A stretch of 64,000 nucleotides of DNA from NCBI RefSeq assembly GCF_009834535.1, contig NC_045704.1, positions 13,020,001-13,084,000 on the forward strand. Reading direction: 5' to 3'. The notes under the pieces are model-generated. The model worked only from the letters and a program-made list of their open reading frames with translations, did not search any database and was not told the DNA's origin. Of this stretch, positions 27,401 to 42,400 are shown piece by piece (position 1 is the first letter of the stretch; each line of letters begins with the position of its first letter). Source of the stretch: Camelus ferus. Taxonomy: Eukaryota. Made by a program: the position numbers and the translations under genes.

Positions 27401-30400
27401 CCAGGCCCCAATCCCGCCCAATCTCAGCTTTCCCAGACAAGTCCAATTAGAGGCCGTGTTAGGCAGCCTCATTAGTTTCTGAAGCCAGGAGCCTGAAAGA
27501 GGGAAGCGGGGGAGAAGGAGGCACCACAGGAAGGCCGAGGCCCCAAGGAGGAGGGTGGGCCCAGACATCTAGCACTTTCTCTATCCTCAGAGGCTGCACA
27601 TGAGCCTCATAACAGTTGTGTAACAATCCCAGGGCAGGGCTCACACCACCCCGTCACAAAGTAACCGAGCTGGATATGAATCCAGGCTGTCTGATTTCAG
27701 AGCCCCTGATGGAATCCCAGCTGTCTGGGTACTCTTCTGGGGCTCAGTCTGGGTCTCCATCTCAGGCCTCCCTGCAGGCCTTGGGAGAAGTGTGTTTAGT
27801 GACAGTGACTGAGCTGTCCCATCTGCCTGACACTTGTCTTCTTCTTGTCTCAGTGTCTCCTATATGAATACTGCTCCTGCAGGACCCTATGCAGCGCCTA
27901 TCCCCAAAGCTTTTCCCATTCCCCAGGTAGGGTTAGATGCTGGAAGTCCTCCTGGAAACATCTGGGTCAGGGTCTGTCTCCTCCCAAGACCAGAAGTTAC
28001 TGAGGGCATGGCTAGATCTGACTCATCCTGGTTCAAAGGCCCAGGGTCGCCTCAGCGTCAATGAATGAGTAAATGAGTGACTGATGCAAGATTCCCTAGG
28101 GCTCTTCCAGGCCTTGTCCTCTATCCGTTGGAGAATCTGGCATCACTCTGAGGCAGAGGGATGGCTCAGGAGGACCAATCTTCTTACCACATTGATCGCT
28201 CTTTCCTTCCTTCAGGAGGGTGTGCTGGCTCTCCCTGCAAATTTCTCTGCGGGAAAGAAAAGCTTAGGTCTCCTAGGCTGCAGCACCTGCAGGGATTCAC
28301 CACCTGCTTCTAAAACTTGCCCTTCTCTTGGGCCCCTCTTTGAGGGTGGCTCTGTCTTCCCCCCAGGAGCAGAAGCCAGGAACCGGACAGTTATTCTGGA
28401 CCCCACCAAGCCCCTTTCTCCTTCAGGACCCAGGAGTCCAGGTCCCCCTAAACCTCTCACGTCCCACAAGCCCCTCACACTCATCTGGGCCCCAAAGAGG
28501 CTCCAGCGCTTCCCTTCCAACCCTCTTCTCCTCCCAGGTTCCCAGTCTTGAGAGGGCCCCACCAGCTGCTCTCCCACAGGACCCATGTCTCTCTCCGTTT
28601 TCTCTGGAGACATCCATCCTTGCCTGTGGCTTCAACCACCAACTCAACACTGTTTTCTAAATATATCCCTGAGCTCCAGCCTTGTGCACCCACTGCCCCT
28701 GGGCCAGTCCCTCCTATCTCTCAGGGGTGCTCACATCATGGGGTTGCTAGGTTAGTTCAGCGTCTTTTTCTCCCTTCCCAGGACCCAGTGCCCCCAGCAG
28801 CTCTGTCTCTGCCCATCCCTTTTCCTCCATCCCGAGGCCCTGGCCTGGCTCAGCCTTCATCCTCTCCCTCTGGACCTCTGCCCCAGCCTCCTCCCTGGCC
28901 TCCCAGCCTCCAGATGGTCCCCATGTGGCCCCAGAGGAATCCTTCTACATCCAGAGTTGACCTGTCCCTCCCTACTCACAGCCCTCCTGTGGCTTGATGG
29001 AGAAAAGCAGTCTCTCAGCTTCATTGACAGGGACTTCCTTTCATGATCTGGGTGGCTGGCCTCATCTCTCACTAGTCCCCAGCTGCCCTCTACTCACCAA
29101 AGATGATATGTGGTTTCAGGCTCCCATATCCTTGCATATACTGTTCCCACTGCCTGGAAAGCCTCTCCTTCCTCACACTATTTAACTTCTCTCTTTTTCT
29201 TCAAAATAAACTCAAGTGTCAGTTTCCCTGTGATACCTCCTTCCAGCTCCTACCTGACATGGGTACTCCCTTCTCTGGGCTCCCAAAGGGCCTGCCCCCT
29301 CCTCTAGCACATCCATCACCCTGCTCTAGGACGGCCTGTTTGCACCATCTCTCTACAAGGCCTTGAACACTAAGGGGCCCAGGCCCTGAGTGACTCTGCT
29401 CTGTGTCCCCAGGACCCAGCGCAGGCGGCACCTGGAGGCTGGAGTCAGTCTTCCCCTCCACGAAGCATCTGAGAGCTTGCAAACAGCAGAAGCTCACTTT
29501 TATTTCCACTCCCCCTGAGGGATGTGGCTGTGTCCCCCACAAGCTGTGTGAGCTCTTGGAGCTTCAGTTTCCATGAGGAACAGGATGAGGGGCGAGGATG
29601 TCTACCTTGCAGAGACAGTGGGAGGGTCAGTGAAGAATCCAACAGGAGTGCTGGTGTTGAAGAGAAACAGACGCTTCTCTCAACCCAGGGAAAAGTGAAC
29701 AGAGAAAAAAGTTTCTCCTTTAAGGATGGTGAATGGCTTTGAAGTAGTATTTTCAAGACAATACAGCGTTGTTTACAGACCTGTTAGCAATATTTTCTTT
29801 TAAAAAAGAATTCTGGCACTAACAGATTAAAATCTCTTTTTTCTGCTGTGAATACTGAAGATGAGTTGTCTCAGTTATTTCCAATAATGTTTGAAACATT
29901 GTTCAAGTAATTATGGAAGTCATAAAACAATGACTATTGTTGAGTTTAAGATTTCATAGTGGGCTTGCTAAGCTTTTCTTAGAGGTATTTGTATTTGAAA
30001 GGTAAACGCTTAATGTACCTTCACGGCGTGAGGAAGAACAACTCACTTATTCCCTTCCTGCTGTAGTACCATTTTAAATCAGGTAGTTTGTGGGTTTGCT
30101 TTGTTCACTTTTGTCTACCACACCAGCTGGCCAGTCCCTAGAGGGCAGAGGTGGTGTCCTGTCTGACTTGGGGCTCCATGGCCAACACCCAGTAGGCCCT
30201 CAGTCAACATACGCCTATGGGATGGGGAACAGAGAAGGCACATGGACTCTCAGGCCCCTCTCCCAGCCCCTGGACCCCATGGTCTTGGAGCCCCTCCTGT
30301 GCTCACCTGCCTCCCAGTTGGGGCTTCAGGTGGAAACTCAGCCTCCTCATCGGTCTCATGGACGACCTCCTCCCACTGCCACATGCCACACAGAGGGTTG

Positions 30401-33400
30401 GAGAGATCTGTAGCTGCCACTTCTTGTTTCTGGGAGAAAAGAAGTTGTTTCTGAGGCCAGGAAGAATCAGATTAAGGCAGAAGACAAGTCAGAGGTGGGA
30501 TGGAAATGGGCTGAGGTGTGGAGATGGGAGGTGGGAGTGAGCTGGTGTGAGGCTGGGTTAGGGAGTCAATGGGGGCAATACCTGGGAAGGGTTTGGTGCC
30601 TGGACCAAGGAATGGGTTTCAGATGAGGTTAAGGACTGAGATAGTCCTGGGGGAACTGGGGTGGGGTGAGAGTCAGGGTTGGGTCAGAGTTGTGGCTGCT
30701 GGTGGGTTGGGGTATTTTGGGGGTGTCAGGCCCACCTGCCAAATGGCCTGGATCTCCACACCCAGCGATGGTGGCAGCAGCCCGGTCCAGTCCACTCTTC
30801 TCACCTGAGCCACTTCAGGCAGCCTGGCCACACAGTCAGGGGGGGAAGGCTGTCTCTGTGCCTGCCCACCACCTGTCAGTCAGCCTATGCTGGGGTTGCT
30901 ACCCAGTCCACCTTGTGTCTGGAGGCTGGGGGTTCCTGTCCTTGGGCTCCCCTCTGGCCTCCTCCACCCTCAACATTCCACTCACTCATCCAGCCCCTTG
31001 TGGGTCTGACTCAGCTGCTCCTCCAGGTGTGAGATTTCCAGCTTCAGCTCCTGCAGAGGAAGGAATGAGGGACCCCTGGCTCTCTGTTTTCCTTCATCCC
31101 CCACCCCTGGTCTCCTCTTCCAAGGTCAGTTCCACTCCTCTGACTTCTTTGGGCTCTTCCAAACACATATTGCCAAGGGAGAAGGGGAAGAAAGCAGTGA
31201 CAGAAACTCAGGAAGCCAGAGAGCCAAAGAGCAACAGGAACCTTGAAGGTAACTTACCAGCCAGGGAAACTAGAAAAAGGAAGCCAGAGATGGAAACACA
31301 ACGAACAAGGAGAGACACAGAGAGGCAAGAGAACACATGGGGAGTAAGAGACTCTAAAGACAAGGGACAGAGAGAGGAACTGCCCCAGAAGACAGACAGA
31401 CTAGACCCAGAGAGAGGCAGAGAGAAGAACCTAAACAAGCCAGGCAGAGACACAGAAATATGAGGGGAAAAAAGGAAACATAAGGAAGACACAGAGAATG
31501 AAAGTAGATGGAAGATGGAAATAGAGTGAGAGAAAGAGAGGAAGGAATAGAGAAAAAGTGAAAAGGCAGAGAGACAGGAGAGACACACAGTCAAACGGTA
31601 GAGATGGTAGAAACAAGATGTGGAGACTCAGAAAAAGATAGACAGAGACAGAAAGAGGCAGCAAATCCCAGAGATGGCAAAAGAGCAGTGGGGAGAGTGG
31701 GGCCAGGCCGGTGGGTTACCTGGGTTGCGGTTTTGTACTCCTCCAGGGTCTTGGCCAGACTCTCCATGTGCCGAGTGCGCTGGGAAAGCCCAAAGCTGAC
31801 TGAGACTCGGCTCAATCCACCCAAGACACTGAGGTCAGTGGTAGGGGGTGAGCAGGGTGTGCTTGGGGGAAGAGCTAGGGCCTGAGGGAGAGCACCAGTT
31901 TCCCGGGAAACCCAACTCCTCCAGGCTGCTTATCCAAGGATTAGAGCCAGGCAGGACTTCCCTTTCCAGATTCAGGGCAGGAGACACATAGAAGGCAAAA
32001 GTTAATCCCCGAGACCCCTCACCTCGGAGAGGATGGTGTCTCGTTGGCAAATGAGGCGTTCACACTCGTAGAGCTGCCGCTGCCGGAGGAAGGAGCCCGT
32101 CCATCTGTCTGGCCTGTCCTCCCCTCCCATCTCACTCTCCCGCCCCCTCCTCTACCTCCCTCCATGTCTCTGGACATCAGCTACATTGAGGGGATTTCAG
32201 CAGAGCTGCCCACTGGCCCTGGGAATCTGACGGCTTGATGAAAGTCCCTGACCTCACCAGGTCACAGGGGCTGAAACTGGTGAGGTAAAAATGGCCTCAG
32301 GGGTGATGGGAAGTTGTAAAGGCACTAGGGAGGGGTAGCACCTTCAAGACATCCTTCTCTATGGCCAGCTCCTCACTCCTCTTCTTCACTCCATCCCGCT
32401 CTGCCAGTAGCTTCCCGTTCTGGAAGAAGGGACCCCGGTCATGTTCACTTCAGCAAATGGCCATGAGATATATATATATATATCATACACACACACATAC
32501 ATACACAAAATAATACAAATATCTTTTATATAATGATCACTCATAGCTGACCATTTGCTGAACACCTGATGTGCATCGGGCCTCATGCTCAGCACTTTAT
32601 ATGTTTTAGCCCATTTAATCCCTCCAACCATCCTATGGGATCTCAGCTTTGATTTGCAGATGGAGCGGGTCCTCCATCTGCAAAAATGGAGATAAGATGT
32701 GAGGATTAAATGAGCTAATAATTATTGCTAACATTTACTGAGCACCTTGCCAGTGTTAACTCATTTCTTATGCCCTGTTTTAAAGATAAAAGACAACTGA
32801 GGCACAGAAAGGTTGAGTAACTTGTCCCAGGTCACACAGGTGGGAAGGAATTCATGCAAATACACGTTAACATACGTTAATGACCACAAAGCATTTAGAA
32901 CAGTACCTGGCATAAACCAAATGTCCAGTAAAGGTTACATTAAACATATTTCTAAAACTTTGTATTATGAATTTTAAACCACCAAAAGTAAAAATAACAG
33001 TATGAGGAACCCCCTTTACCCATCATCACCCAGCTTCAATAAATATATACATTTTCCCTGTTTGTTTCTTCTCTGTCAGGTTTTTTTGTTTGGTTTTGTT
33101 TAACCAGATTATTTCAAAGCAAACCCCAGGCATCATATAATTTCACCTGTTACTACTCCAGCATTTATATGCCCTACTAGAGAACTTTTTCTTTAGCAAA
33201 ACCACAATGCCATTATCAAGCTTAACAAAATTAATAGTAATTCCTCAGGATCACTGCACACCGAGTGCTCTTTCTTGGTTTTCATTGTCTCACAAGTGTC
33301 TTTTCACATAAAGATACAAACAAGGTCCACCATGGCTTTTGGTTGAAATGTCTCATTTCTTTCCATCCGACAGTGATCCCCTACCTTCCCAATCCTAGCA

Positions 33401-36400
33401 CTTTTTTGGGCACTTCATTTGTGGCAGAAACCAGGTTATTTGTCCTGTAGAATTGGTGCATTTGGATTTGGTTTACTGTGCTCTCATTTCCTGTGTAGGA
33501 TGTTAACCATGTTCCTCTTGCCTTATTATTTCCTATAACTTGTGGATAGATCTAGGGCCTTGTCCAGACTCTTGTTCAATTTTTTGGCAAGAGTTCATAG
33601 GTGCTGCTATACGCATCACACCGTGCGTTCAGGAAGAATGTAAATTCTGGCTGTCCCAACTATGAATGTTTACACTGTCATCCCCAATTTTACAGAGGAA
33701 ATTGTGCAGTGGAGGGGCTAAGAAACTTAGCCAAGGTCATACGGAGAGTAAGTGGACTCAAACCCAAACCTGATTCCAAATCCTGCACTTTTAACTCCCA
33801 ATCTCTCCTCTGAAGCAGACTCAGCCCTGAATGAGAACAGGGAACCAGCTTTGTCCTTCGCCTCAAGTTGCTCATCACTAGAGGTGGAGACTGACACAGA
33901 AGCAAATATTAACAAGGTTGAAGAAGGTTCTGAAGAGGCCTAGGGCCTGGGTCCTGTGGGAGCCCAGGTGAGGGGCTTTGCAAGAAGGCAGTACTGGGGC
34001 TGAGTCCTCAGAGCTGAGGAGAGTTATCTGGGAAAACAAGGGGCCAGGAGAGGGCAGCCCAAGCCAGCCACAGAATGCGGCCCTGAAAATAAAATGGACC
34101 AAATTCCAGTCTAGAGTTTCCAGGCACCAAAAACCTAGTGAGTTGCCCTGAGTTTCAAAGTGAGGCGGTCACTGGGGGAAAGCATTTCGGAGCACGGAGG
34201 CAGTCTGACTCCCCTTTGCCACACCCCTCCTCCCAGTGCCCCTGGGGATACCAAGGCCAGCTCCTCCCTCTCTACAGCCAGGCTCAGCTCCAAGTCCTCC
34301 ATCACCTGCCCTCCCTCCCTCTCAGTCTCAGCGGGCCTGGGCTGCCAGGTGAAGGGCGGAGGAAGGACGGGCCAGGAATGCTGTGTCAACATCTGTCCAC
34401 CTGGTTGGGATTTGCAGGCTGGATCCTGGGCCTCTTGGCAGGGAATCTGGTTACTCAGCCACTCCTGCCTTCTTCTGCAGTAACCTGAGCCCTGCTCTGT
34501 AGGTTCTTGTAGGAAAGCTGAGTGTCTGAGTGTCCCTTACTCCTGCATTATTCTACTGTAACTTGAGAACTCAATCTATAGATGCTCTGTAGGCAGCTGC
34601 CGGGGAGGGGGAGGGAACCAAGAATAGCTTGTTTATCGAGCGCCTATGATGTCCCAGGCGCTGCTCAAGGCACTTGCCCTGGCAGCAGGCCCTCTGGACC
34701 AGGAGGAGGCAGAGACCGCTGGCTGCCATTCACCCTGCTTATTCCTTCTCCTGCTTTCATTGGGGGCTCACTCTCCATGTGGACAGAGGGGTCCCAGCCC
34801 CAGCCCTGGAGGTGAAATCAAGATGGAAATCTAGGCGGATTCAGGACACCAGGCTGGTTAGCTAATCCAACAGCCATTCTCACCCTGCCCTCACTCATTT
34901 GTCTCCCACTCTGCAGGCTGAGGAAGGTCAGATATTCTCCCAGCTTCCCTTGTCATGTGATCCAGTTTGTCCAGTGAGATGTAGGAGAGGTCTGCTGGTG
35001 TGGGGGTGAAATAGGGGTGCTCCTGGAAAAGTTTTTCCTTCTTATGAAAAGAGAGAGCATAAGAGGAGCATTCACCCCTCTTTGTCCTGGTTTGAGGGAG
35101 AACATGAAGTTTGGAACTGTTGCAGCCATCTATGATTCTGAGGCCACAGGCAAACAAGTCAAAAAGCTGCCAACCTAGCCCAGAATCTTCAAAATCTCTT
35201 GTTAAGTAAACGAGTGTCCTTCAGACTGAAGCTGCCATTTCTTCAGCATTTTCTTCCTTGGAGCTGAAAGTATTCCAGCCACTGCTGTGTTACCCATGCC
35301 AGGGAGTCGTTTGGCTATAATCATTTGATGTCACTTTCGCCAATGAGATATGAGGGAGGTTCTGCCATGGGGCTTCAGGGCAAGTTTCTCCTTGTTCTTA
35401 AAAAGAGATGTTCTGGAAGAAATAGTCACATCCTGTCTGCATCCCATGCCTCACACCATGACAGCCAACCGGCAGTGAAGATTTCCTTTGCCCCAAGAGA
35501 GGGAATTTTCATGGAAGAGCCAGAGCACAATGTGGAGTATTTTTTGGTTTAAATGTAAAAGCCATAATACAGATGTAGGACAAAGAGATTTGGGGGGATA
35601 AGGCAGAATGAGTATTATTGCCTGGACTGGGCAGTGATCCTTAGGGCTGGGGGAGGGGTTTAGGAGAATCGAAAAAGAGAACAATAGGATGAAAATGGGC
35701 CCTGAGCCAGCCCCAAGCTGTGAGGGGTGGAGAGGATGGATGCAGTTGAATCACAGAATCCCTGGGACGTCTGGGAATCTGAGACAGGTGTTTCCCAACT
35801 CACTCTCAGAACTAGCAAGGTGTGTGAATTATAGAATAGAGATGGCTCTGTAAGGAGATGAGGCACAGAGGGCCCCGTGAGGGTGACAAAGAATTATAGG
35901 AAAGCAGCTAAAACTCTTCTGTGCCCCTGGAAGGGTGTGGAGGACCCCCAGCAGCATTGGTGGGTTGTGGGGTCCAGATAAGAGCCACCACCACTGCAGA
36001 TGCAGTGAGGAGAGTACGTCAGAGACCAGAAGGCAATGTCAGCCTCCCAGTGGATGCTAGTGTGCAGTGGTGACTAAGGCTGAGGCCCAGATGGAACAAC
36101 AAACATCAATCTTGTGACCAGTAGGGAGAATAGACATTGACTGAGGAGCACTGAGATGCTGCGAGGGTCTGCAGCAACTTAGATGCCACCTTGTGTACGT
36201 GGAGGGGTAGTAGGGGGGTCAGTGATGAGTTTCATCATCAATTGATCAGTTTCAGTTTCCACCTAAAAGGACTAGGTGGGCCCAGAATTAACTAAGATGA
36301 TGTTTTCTGTCTCAGATGGAATACGGCTTGAATTAGACATGAGGTTGGACTGGGCCAGTTCATGTTATGTGCTAAGCTCTGGACTAAAATCACCCATTTA

Positions 36401-39400
36401 ATTCCCACAACAATCCTATTGAACAGATACCCTTCTGCGCTGTTCTTAGAGAATAAAACTAAGGCTCAGGAAGGAGAAGTCACATGCCTAAAGATTGTCT
36501 GTTTTGTAAGTGGCAGAGATGGGATTTGAACTCAGGACTGACTTTAGGGCCTGTGTTCTTTCCGCTATTAATAATACTAATATATGAACAACATTAGCTA
36601 ACTTTTAGTGAGCTCTTACCATGTGTCCTGCCTTGTTCTTAGGACTTTACAAGCATCCTCTATTTAAATATCATACAATCCAACCAGGGAGATTCCATTA
36701 TGATGCCCATTTTCACAGGTGGGGACACCAAGGCACAGAGAAGGGATGGAATGGCCCATGCTTATGGAGACAGCCTCAGCATAACCAGGCAGTCCGCCCC
36801 ATGCCCCACATTCTTACCAACTGTGGCAGTTCTCACATGTAACGATGTGACCTTCAGGGACATTCATACATTATTGGGATTCTAGGGTCTCCCTCACCAA
36901 ACTGAAGGGTGTTTGGGGCAGCAGGGGGTAGGGTGGGAAGATCCTGAGGACTGGGGAAGGGGTGGGGATGGGTGCTGGGTCTCAGCTCACCTCCTCGTGC
37001 AGAGTCTCCATCTCAGCCACCAGATGCTGCTGCTCCTTTTCCTGACCAACCCGAGAGAGAGAACAAAGGCTTCTTTTCAGAACTCCTGGCCCCCATATTG
37101 CCCTTTTCCCACCCTTAGGAACACAACTCAGGCCTGGACCATTGAGGAACAGGGCTGAGGAATAGGTCTGGGGACCCCTGATGGCTCCCCTTTGTCACAA
37201 GAGGGATGGCAAGTAGATCTGGACCCAAAGTCTGGGGTCAGCGGGACCTGGACTGAGGGAGGAAGCCTGGGTGGCCTCTGCCCTCTCGCACTCCACACTC
37301 AGGCTCTGTTGCTCAGACTCTGAGAAAGTGGGAGGAAAGAATGCACCTTCATGCCCCTTGCCCCAAACCCACCGTCCGCCGGGCCTGGGCCAGAAGGTTG
37401 CGATTCTGTTCCTCCAGGCTCTTGGCCAGAGTCTTCAGATCCTCCAACTCCTCATCCACAGCCTTGGCAAACTGCAGAGCCTGCTGGGTGCTGAGTTGGG
37501 GCAGGGCAGGTGGGTCACATGAGAGAGAGGAAGACAGAGACCACAGTGATAGATCCACTCAGAGAGATGGGAGCAACAAAGAAATCCCAGAGACTCAGAG
37601 AAAAGGAAGGAAGGAGACTGAGTAGTGGGGCAGAGACCCAGTTTCTGTCTAATAGACTGAGTGGGAGCAAGCCTGGGGCTGCGGGCAGGTGGGACATGGG
37701 GGTGAGGGAGGGCGGGCTGGGGCCAGGCGCACCTGCGGAGCTGCTTGCGCAGGGCCAAAATCTCCTCCCGGAGGCGTGCAGACCCCTCCTCGGCCGTCTC
37801 CACACTGCGCTGCAATTTGGCGTTCTCCCCCACCAGGCGGCGGTTGCTGAGCTCCAAGTCCTCCAGACTGCTCAGCAGGTCAGCTGTGGTGGGCCTGAGG
37901 GCAGGGAAGGTCCAGGGTCACTGCCCACAGCCCTGGCCTCCTTTCCCCAGGTCAGGGTAGGTGTTGGTGAAGGGAAGATGCGGCTTTTGGAGAGAAAGAG
38001 AAACAGGAGGGAGGCTACCCTGTTCTTCCTGTGCTCTTGGCACAGCCCCTGTCCCTCACCCACTTTCCCGAGGGACCCGAAGCCCTAGGCCAAGCCCCGG
38101 GCCCCAGGCAGGCAGGAAGTCACAGGGCAAGGAGAGGGCAGGAAGGGGCCTGAGGATAGGTACAACTCAGGTCTGGGGTCTTCGCCTCCGAAGCTCTCCA
38201 GGTTGGCTGGATCCTCAGCTTCTGGGCATCCTGGAGGGAGACATAGAGGGTGGTGGGCTCCCAGGTGACCTTTGATGTTGGGGTACTCCAGGACTATGGC
38301 CTTGGTCCTCCTTTAGCCTCCACCTTCACATTAACTCTGGGTGATTCCACCTGCTCCTGGGGCTGCAATTACATCCACCATCCAGAAAGGACTCCTGCTC
38401 ATGGGTAACTTGAACTCAGGCTGGATCTCCTCATGGCCCCAACCACCCCACATTCATCATGCCCTACAGTGGGCAGCCCCTCAACTACCCTAAACCTGTT
38501 TCTCCTCTCAGTACCCCAACTCACCCACCCAGACACTGGGCTGTCCTGACTCCCTCACTCCTTGCCTTCTTCCCCGGACAGCCTCCTCTCGGTCTTCTAG
38601 CCTCCAGCCTCTCCCTCCTGTCCTTCCCCGCACTTGGCTGCAGAAGGGTCTTTCCTTGTTTGGAGCTGACCTGCCTCTCCCCTGCTCACAGCCCTCTCTT
38701 GGCCCCCAAGCCCGGTTGGAGGAGGTTGAAGAGAATGCCAAGAAGGCTGTATTTTTTTGGCTTTTGTTTTGTTTTTGTAAGAGTGGAGAAACACAACATC
38801 AACACTTTTTTATGGAGCACCTCCTATGTGTGAAGGCTTTGGGGTAGAATGGTGAGCAAACCAACTAACCAAACAGCGTGGCAGGTAACTAGTCAGATAA
38901 TCAGATTTCTGCAGGAAAGGAATGCAGGTCTGGGCTGAGTGAGCCGAAGAGTAAGGGCCCTTAGCCTGCAGCATCCCAGAGCTTCCCCACCAGGGCTTCC
39001 CCACCAGGTGTGCAGGATGAGGAAAGGCCTGGTAGACAGTTTAGGTTGAGAAAACAGCCTGAGCCAAGGCTGGAGATGAGGCAGGTGAGCAGGCAAGGCC
39101 AGAGGGACTGCAAATGCAGGGACCAAAGTGCAGGGAGGGGCCGGCTTGAGGACCATGATGGTGATGGTGGGAGGGGCCTTGTAGGCCTCTGTAATGGGGT
39201 TGGTATTTGGAGAAGGAGCTGGAAACAACCTGTGAGGAAGAAGAACCAAACTCAAAGCTCAGGGAAGGTAGGGACACAGTCATGGAGTAAAAACCAAAGC
39301 CTAGAAAGCCAAACTCCACAGCTCCACGTTAGAGCAAATGCCTCTGGTGTCCCACCCTATCCTTTGCTCTGCCCCCAGGTGGGAAGTCCCCCCCACTGTC

Positions 39401-42400
39401 TGACTCTGAGCCTGTGTGCTTCATTCTATATATAGCAATCTCACCAGATGGCTGTTGCTGGGAGGTCAGGGCTCCCTCGAAGGCGGTCTCCTCTTCCAGC
39501 TCTAATCCCCTGTATCAAAGGGATGAAGCTTCGAGCCCCCTGCAGCCACCACCCTCGTCCTGACCAGCCACGGGCAGAGGGGTTGGGGGTGGCGGAAGGA
39601 GGGGCCAGATCAGGTGAGAGCAAGCACCGTGGGGAGGAAGGTGAGGCCAGATGGCAAGTGCCTGGGGCCAGATGGAAAAACAGGAGGGGCGAGGACTGGG
39701 TTTGGAGGAGGGATGGGGAGGGGCCCTGCTCTCCTCCTTCCAGCCCCTTTTATTTCTGCCCCACAGACTTCCTCTGCCTCCCCATCGTAGGTACTTTACC
39801 CTCAGACCCTCTGCCCCTCCCCCAACCCATCTCTTTACTTTTCTTTCCTCATCAGCCTCTTTCCAGCCACAGCAGGTCCCTGTGCCCATAGGGTGCTGGC
39901 TGTAGTAAGCAGAAATGAGGTTAGATCTTAGGAAGGGTTTCCTGGGGGAGGGTGGAGGTGCAGGGACTCACCCATCCAGCTGACAGGCAGCGATCCAGTC
40001 TCGCATGATGACCAGGAAGGTGTCCAAGTCCACGGTGGCCTGAGGGCCTTCCCCATTGGGGTCCAGGCTGCAGGCTAGTGTTTGGAGGCGCGCATCCTGG
40101 GGGCCCCGTCCCGTTACAGCCTCCAGGTAGGCTAGTACATGGGTCACAGCCACGGTGCCTAGGGATAGAGCATGCTATGAGGGAGACGGGCAGGTGAGGG
40201 GTGGGGGATGGGGATGGCTTTGAAGTGGGACCACTGGCTGGGCTAGTGGCACCCCTGCACCACGGCCAGCCGGCTGAGACTCCTTGGACAATACCTTTCC
40301 CTTCTTCTCAACTATTTCACATAGAAATGGGGCCCAGGCATCCCTACCTCAGAGGGTGGACGGGAATACCAGCTGTGCCCTACCAGGCTCACCGTGGCTG
40401 ACCTTCTTCCCTCTTCAGGCTCCAAAGCCCCACCTTCCTCTGTCAGTGTCCCCCAAGTTTTCCTCCCCACACTGTCCTTGTCCTGAAAGGCCTCCATCCC
40501 CTTAGCTACTTCCTTCCGGAAGCTTCCCACACTCACCCACTTTCAACCTAGCCCATTGCTCTCTCTGTGGCTCCCGAGATCCCAGCCCCCAGGCTCCATC
40601 TCTTTTTATTCCTTGTCTCTCTGACCTGTCCTTTGGGGATCACAAGCTTCAAATGTGGAGTTGAGTATTTGCTCCTCTAAGCTGAGCAGAGTCCCCAGGC
40701 TCCCCTCTTCCGGCTTGTCCCAGAGGTACACTGAGGAGACAAGAGAGCCAGCCCACCCGTGAGGAAGGAGGATGAATAGAAGTGAACTAGTCCTGGGATC
40801 CTGCGGAGGGAGTAGGAAGCTTTGGGTGGGGGCACGCAATGTGAGAGTCTTTGAATTACCTCCCCCCCTCACCCCCTGACCTGGGGATGTGAGCCCTATC
40901 TTTCAGGCCAGGAAGTGCCCCCTGCTGTCTAATCCTTTGTGTCCAAACCACTCAGGAGCCCAGATAGCAAGTACAGCCTTTCCTCCTCTCTTCCCATGCT
41001 TCCCAAGCTCGGCTCAGAGGGGGCCAGGGGCGGAGGAGGGCAAAGAAGAGAGGATTCTGGGAGAAGCCGAGGATGAAGCGGGGCCCAGGAGCCAGGAACA
41101 ATCCAATAATGCGCGGGCAGCGTGGATCGATCTTGCCTGCAACATCTCCGGTCTCCTAGCCCTCCTCGGGGGGCTGGGTCTCTCCTCACATCCTCAAGGC
41201 TGGCGTCATCCGAGCCCCGGCTAGGGGCTTGAGACAAAGGGGGATGGGGCGATCCAGCCAGGGTGGGTGGTGAGGGAGCAGTTAGAAGCCCAGTTGCATG
41301 ACTGTGGGCAAGTCTGTTCTCCATTTGTAGCCTCAGTTTCCCCACGAGTAAAATGGGGAAGTGATCCCTTTCCTCAGCGATGGGTTAGGTCTGTGTTTGT
41401 GAAGAGCTCTCTCACTCCACACACACACAATGTGAATATCCTGGGGTCTGTTTGTCCACTGCTGTATCCATTGTGCCCACACATAACAGGCACTCAATAA
41501 ATGCTCCAATATACAGGAGGAGCCTACATTTCCCTACCCCAGGAGCCACTGGGCCAGTCAAGCCTCTTTTCTAGGGCTGTAAGTAATCTTTGAGGCTCCC
41601 TGCCCTGCTCTTGGATAGGTGGGTGTAGCATTGGCCCAAGCACAGGGTCTGGCAGACCCAGGGGACAACCCGGGCAAGGAACTCAGCCTCTCTGAGCCTC
41701 AGTTTCTTCCTCTGGAAAATGGGGAGGGAGGGGTGTTTTCCCTCCTAGAGTTGAAATGAGATAAAAATCTAGAAAAGCCCAGCAGAGGGCCTGGCATGTG
41801 GTAGAAGCTCAATAATAAAATTGAACATTTATTCAGCATTGAATAGGTGCCAGGCGTCTTTTCAGCATCTTGTATGAACCATGGTGGCTGGTATTATTAG
41901 CCCCACTTTACAGATGAGGATACTCAGGCACAGAGAAGTTAGGAACTTGCCCAAGGTCACATATTCAACATACAAGTGCCCTTTCTCATTCCTCTAACTC
42001 TTCAAGGATTCTTTACAGTGAGCTAAAATTCGGCCACCTCGGGTTTGAATCCATGCTCTTAGGGAAGGGGAGCAGGAACCTACAGCTGGGGGAGACACTC
42101 CCCTCACCAAGCATCCCGTGTTATGGAGGAGGGGGGCCCAGCGACGTCTGTCTGGCTCCAGATGTCACGGGCTCTGAGGATCTGCATGTATCTACAGTGC
42201 AGATGTGACACTGCCTCCCAGGGCCCCTCAGGAAGATGTCACTCTGTCTCTCTCCGTTCTCTTTCTTTCATTTCCTTCCTCAGTGTCTCTATCTCTCTGT
42301 GTGTCTCTGTCCTGTCCCTTCTCTAGTTTTCTCTCTGGCTCTTTCTGTCTTCCTCCCCATCTCTCTGTCCCCTGAGTCCCGCCTCTCTGTCTCCACGTCT

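Noticed and set aside
30666-31463. 265-aa plus-strand ORF
   Set aside because: Antisense to KASH5 exons and low-complexity GA-rich intron; stop-poor by composition.
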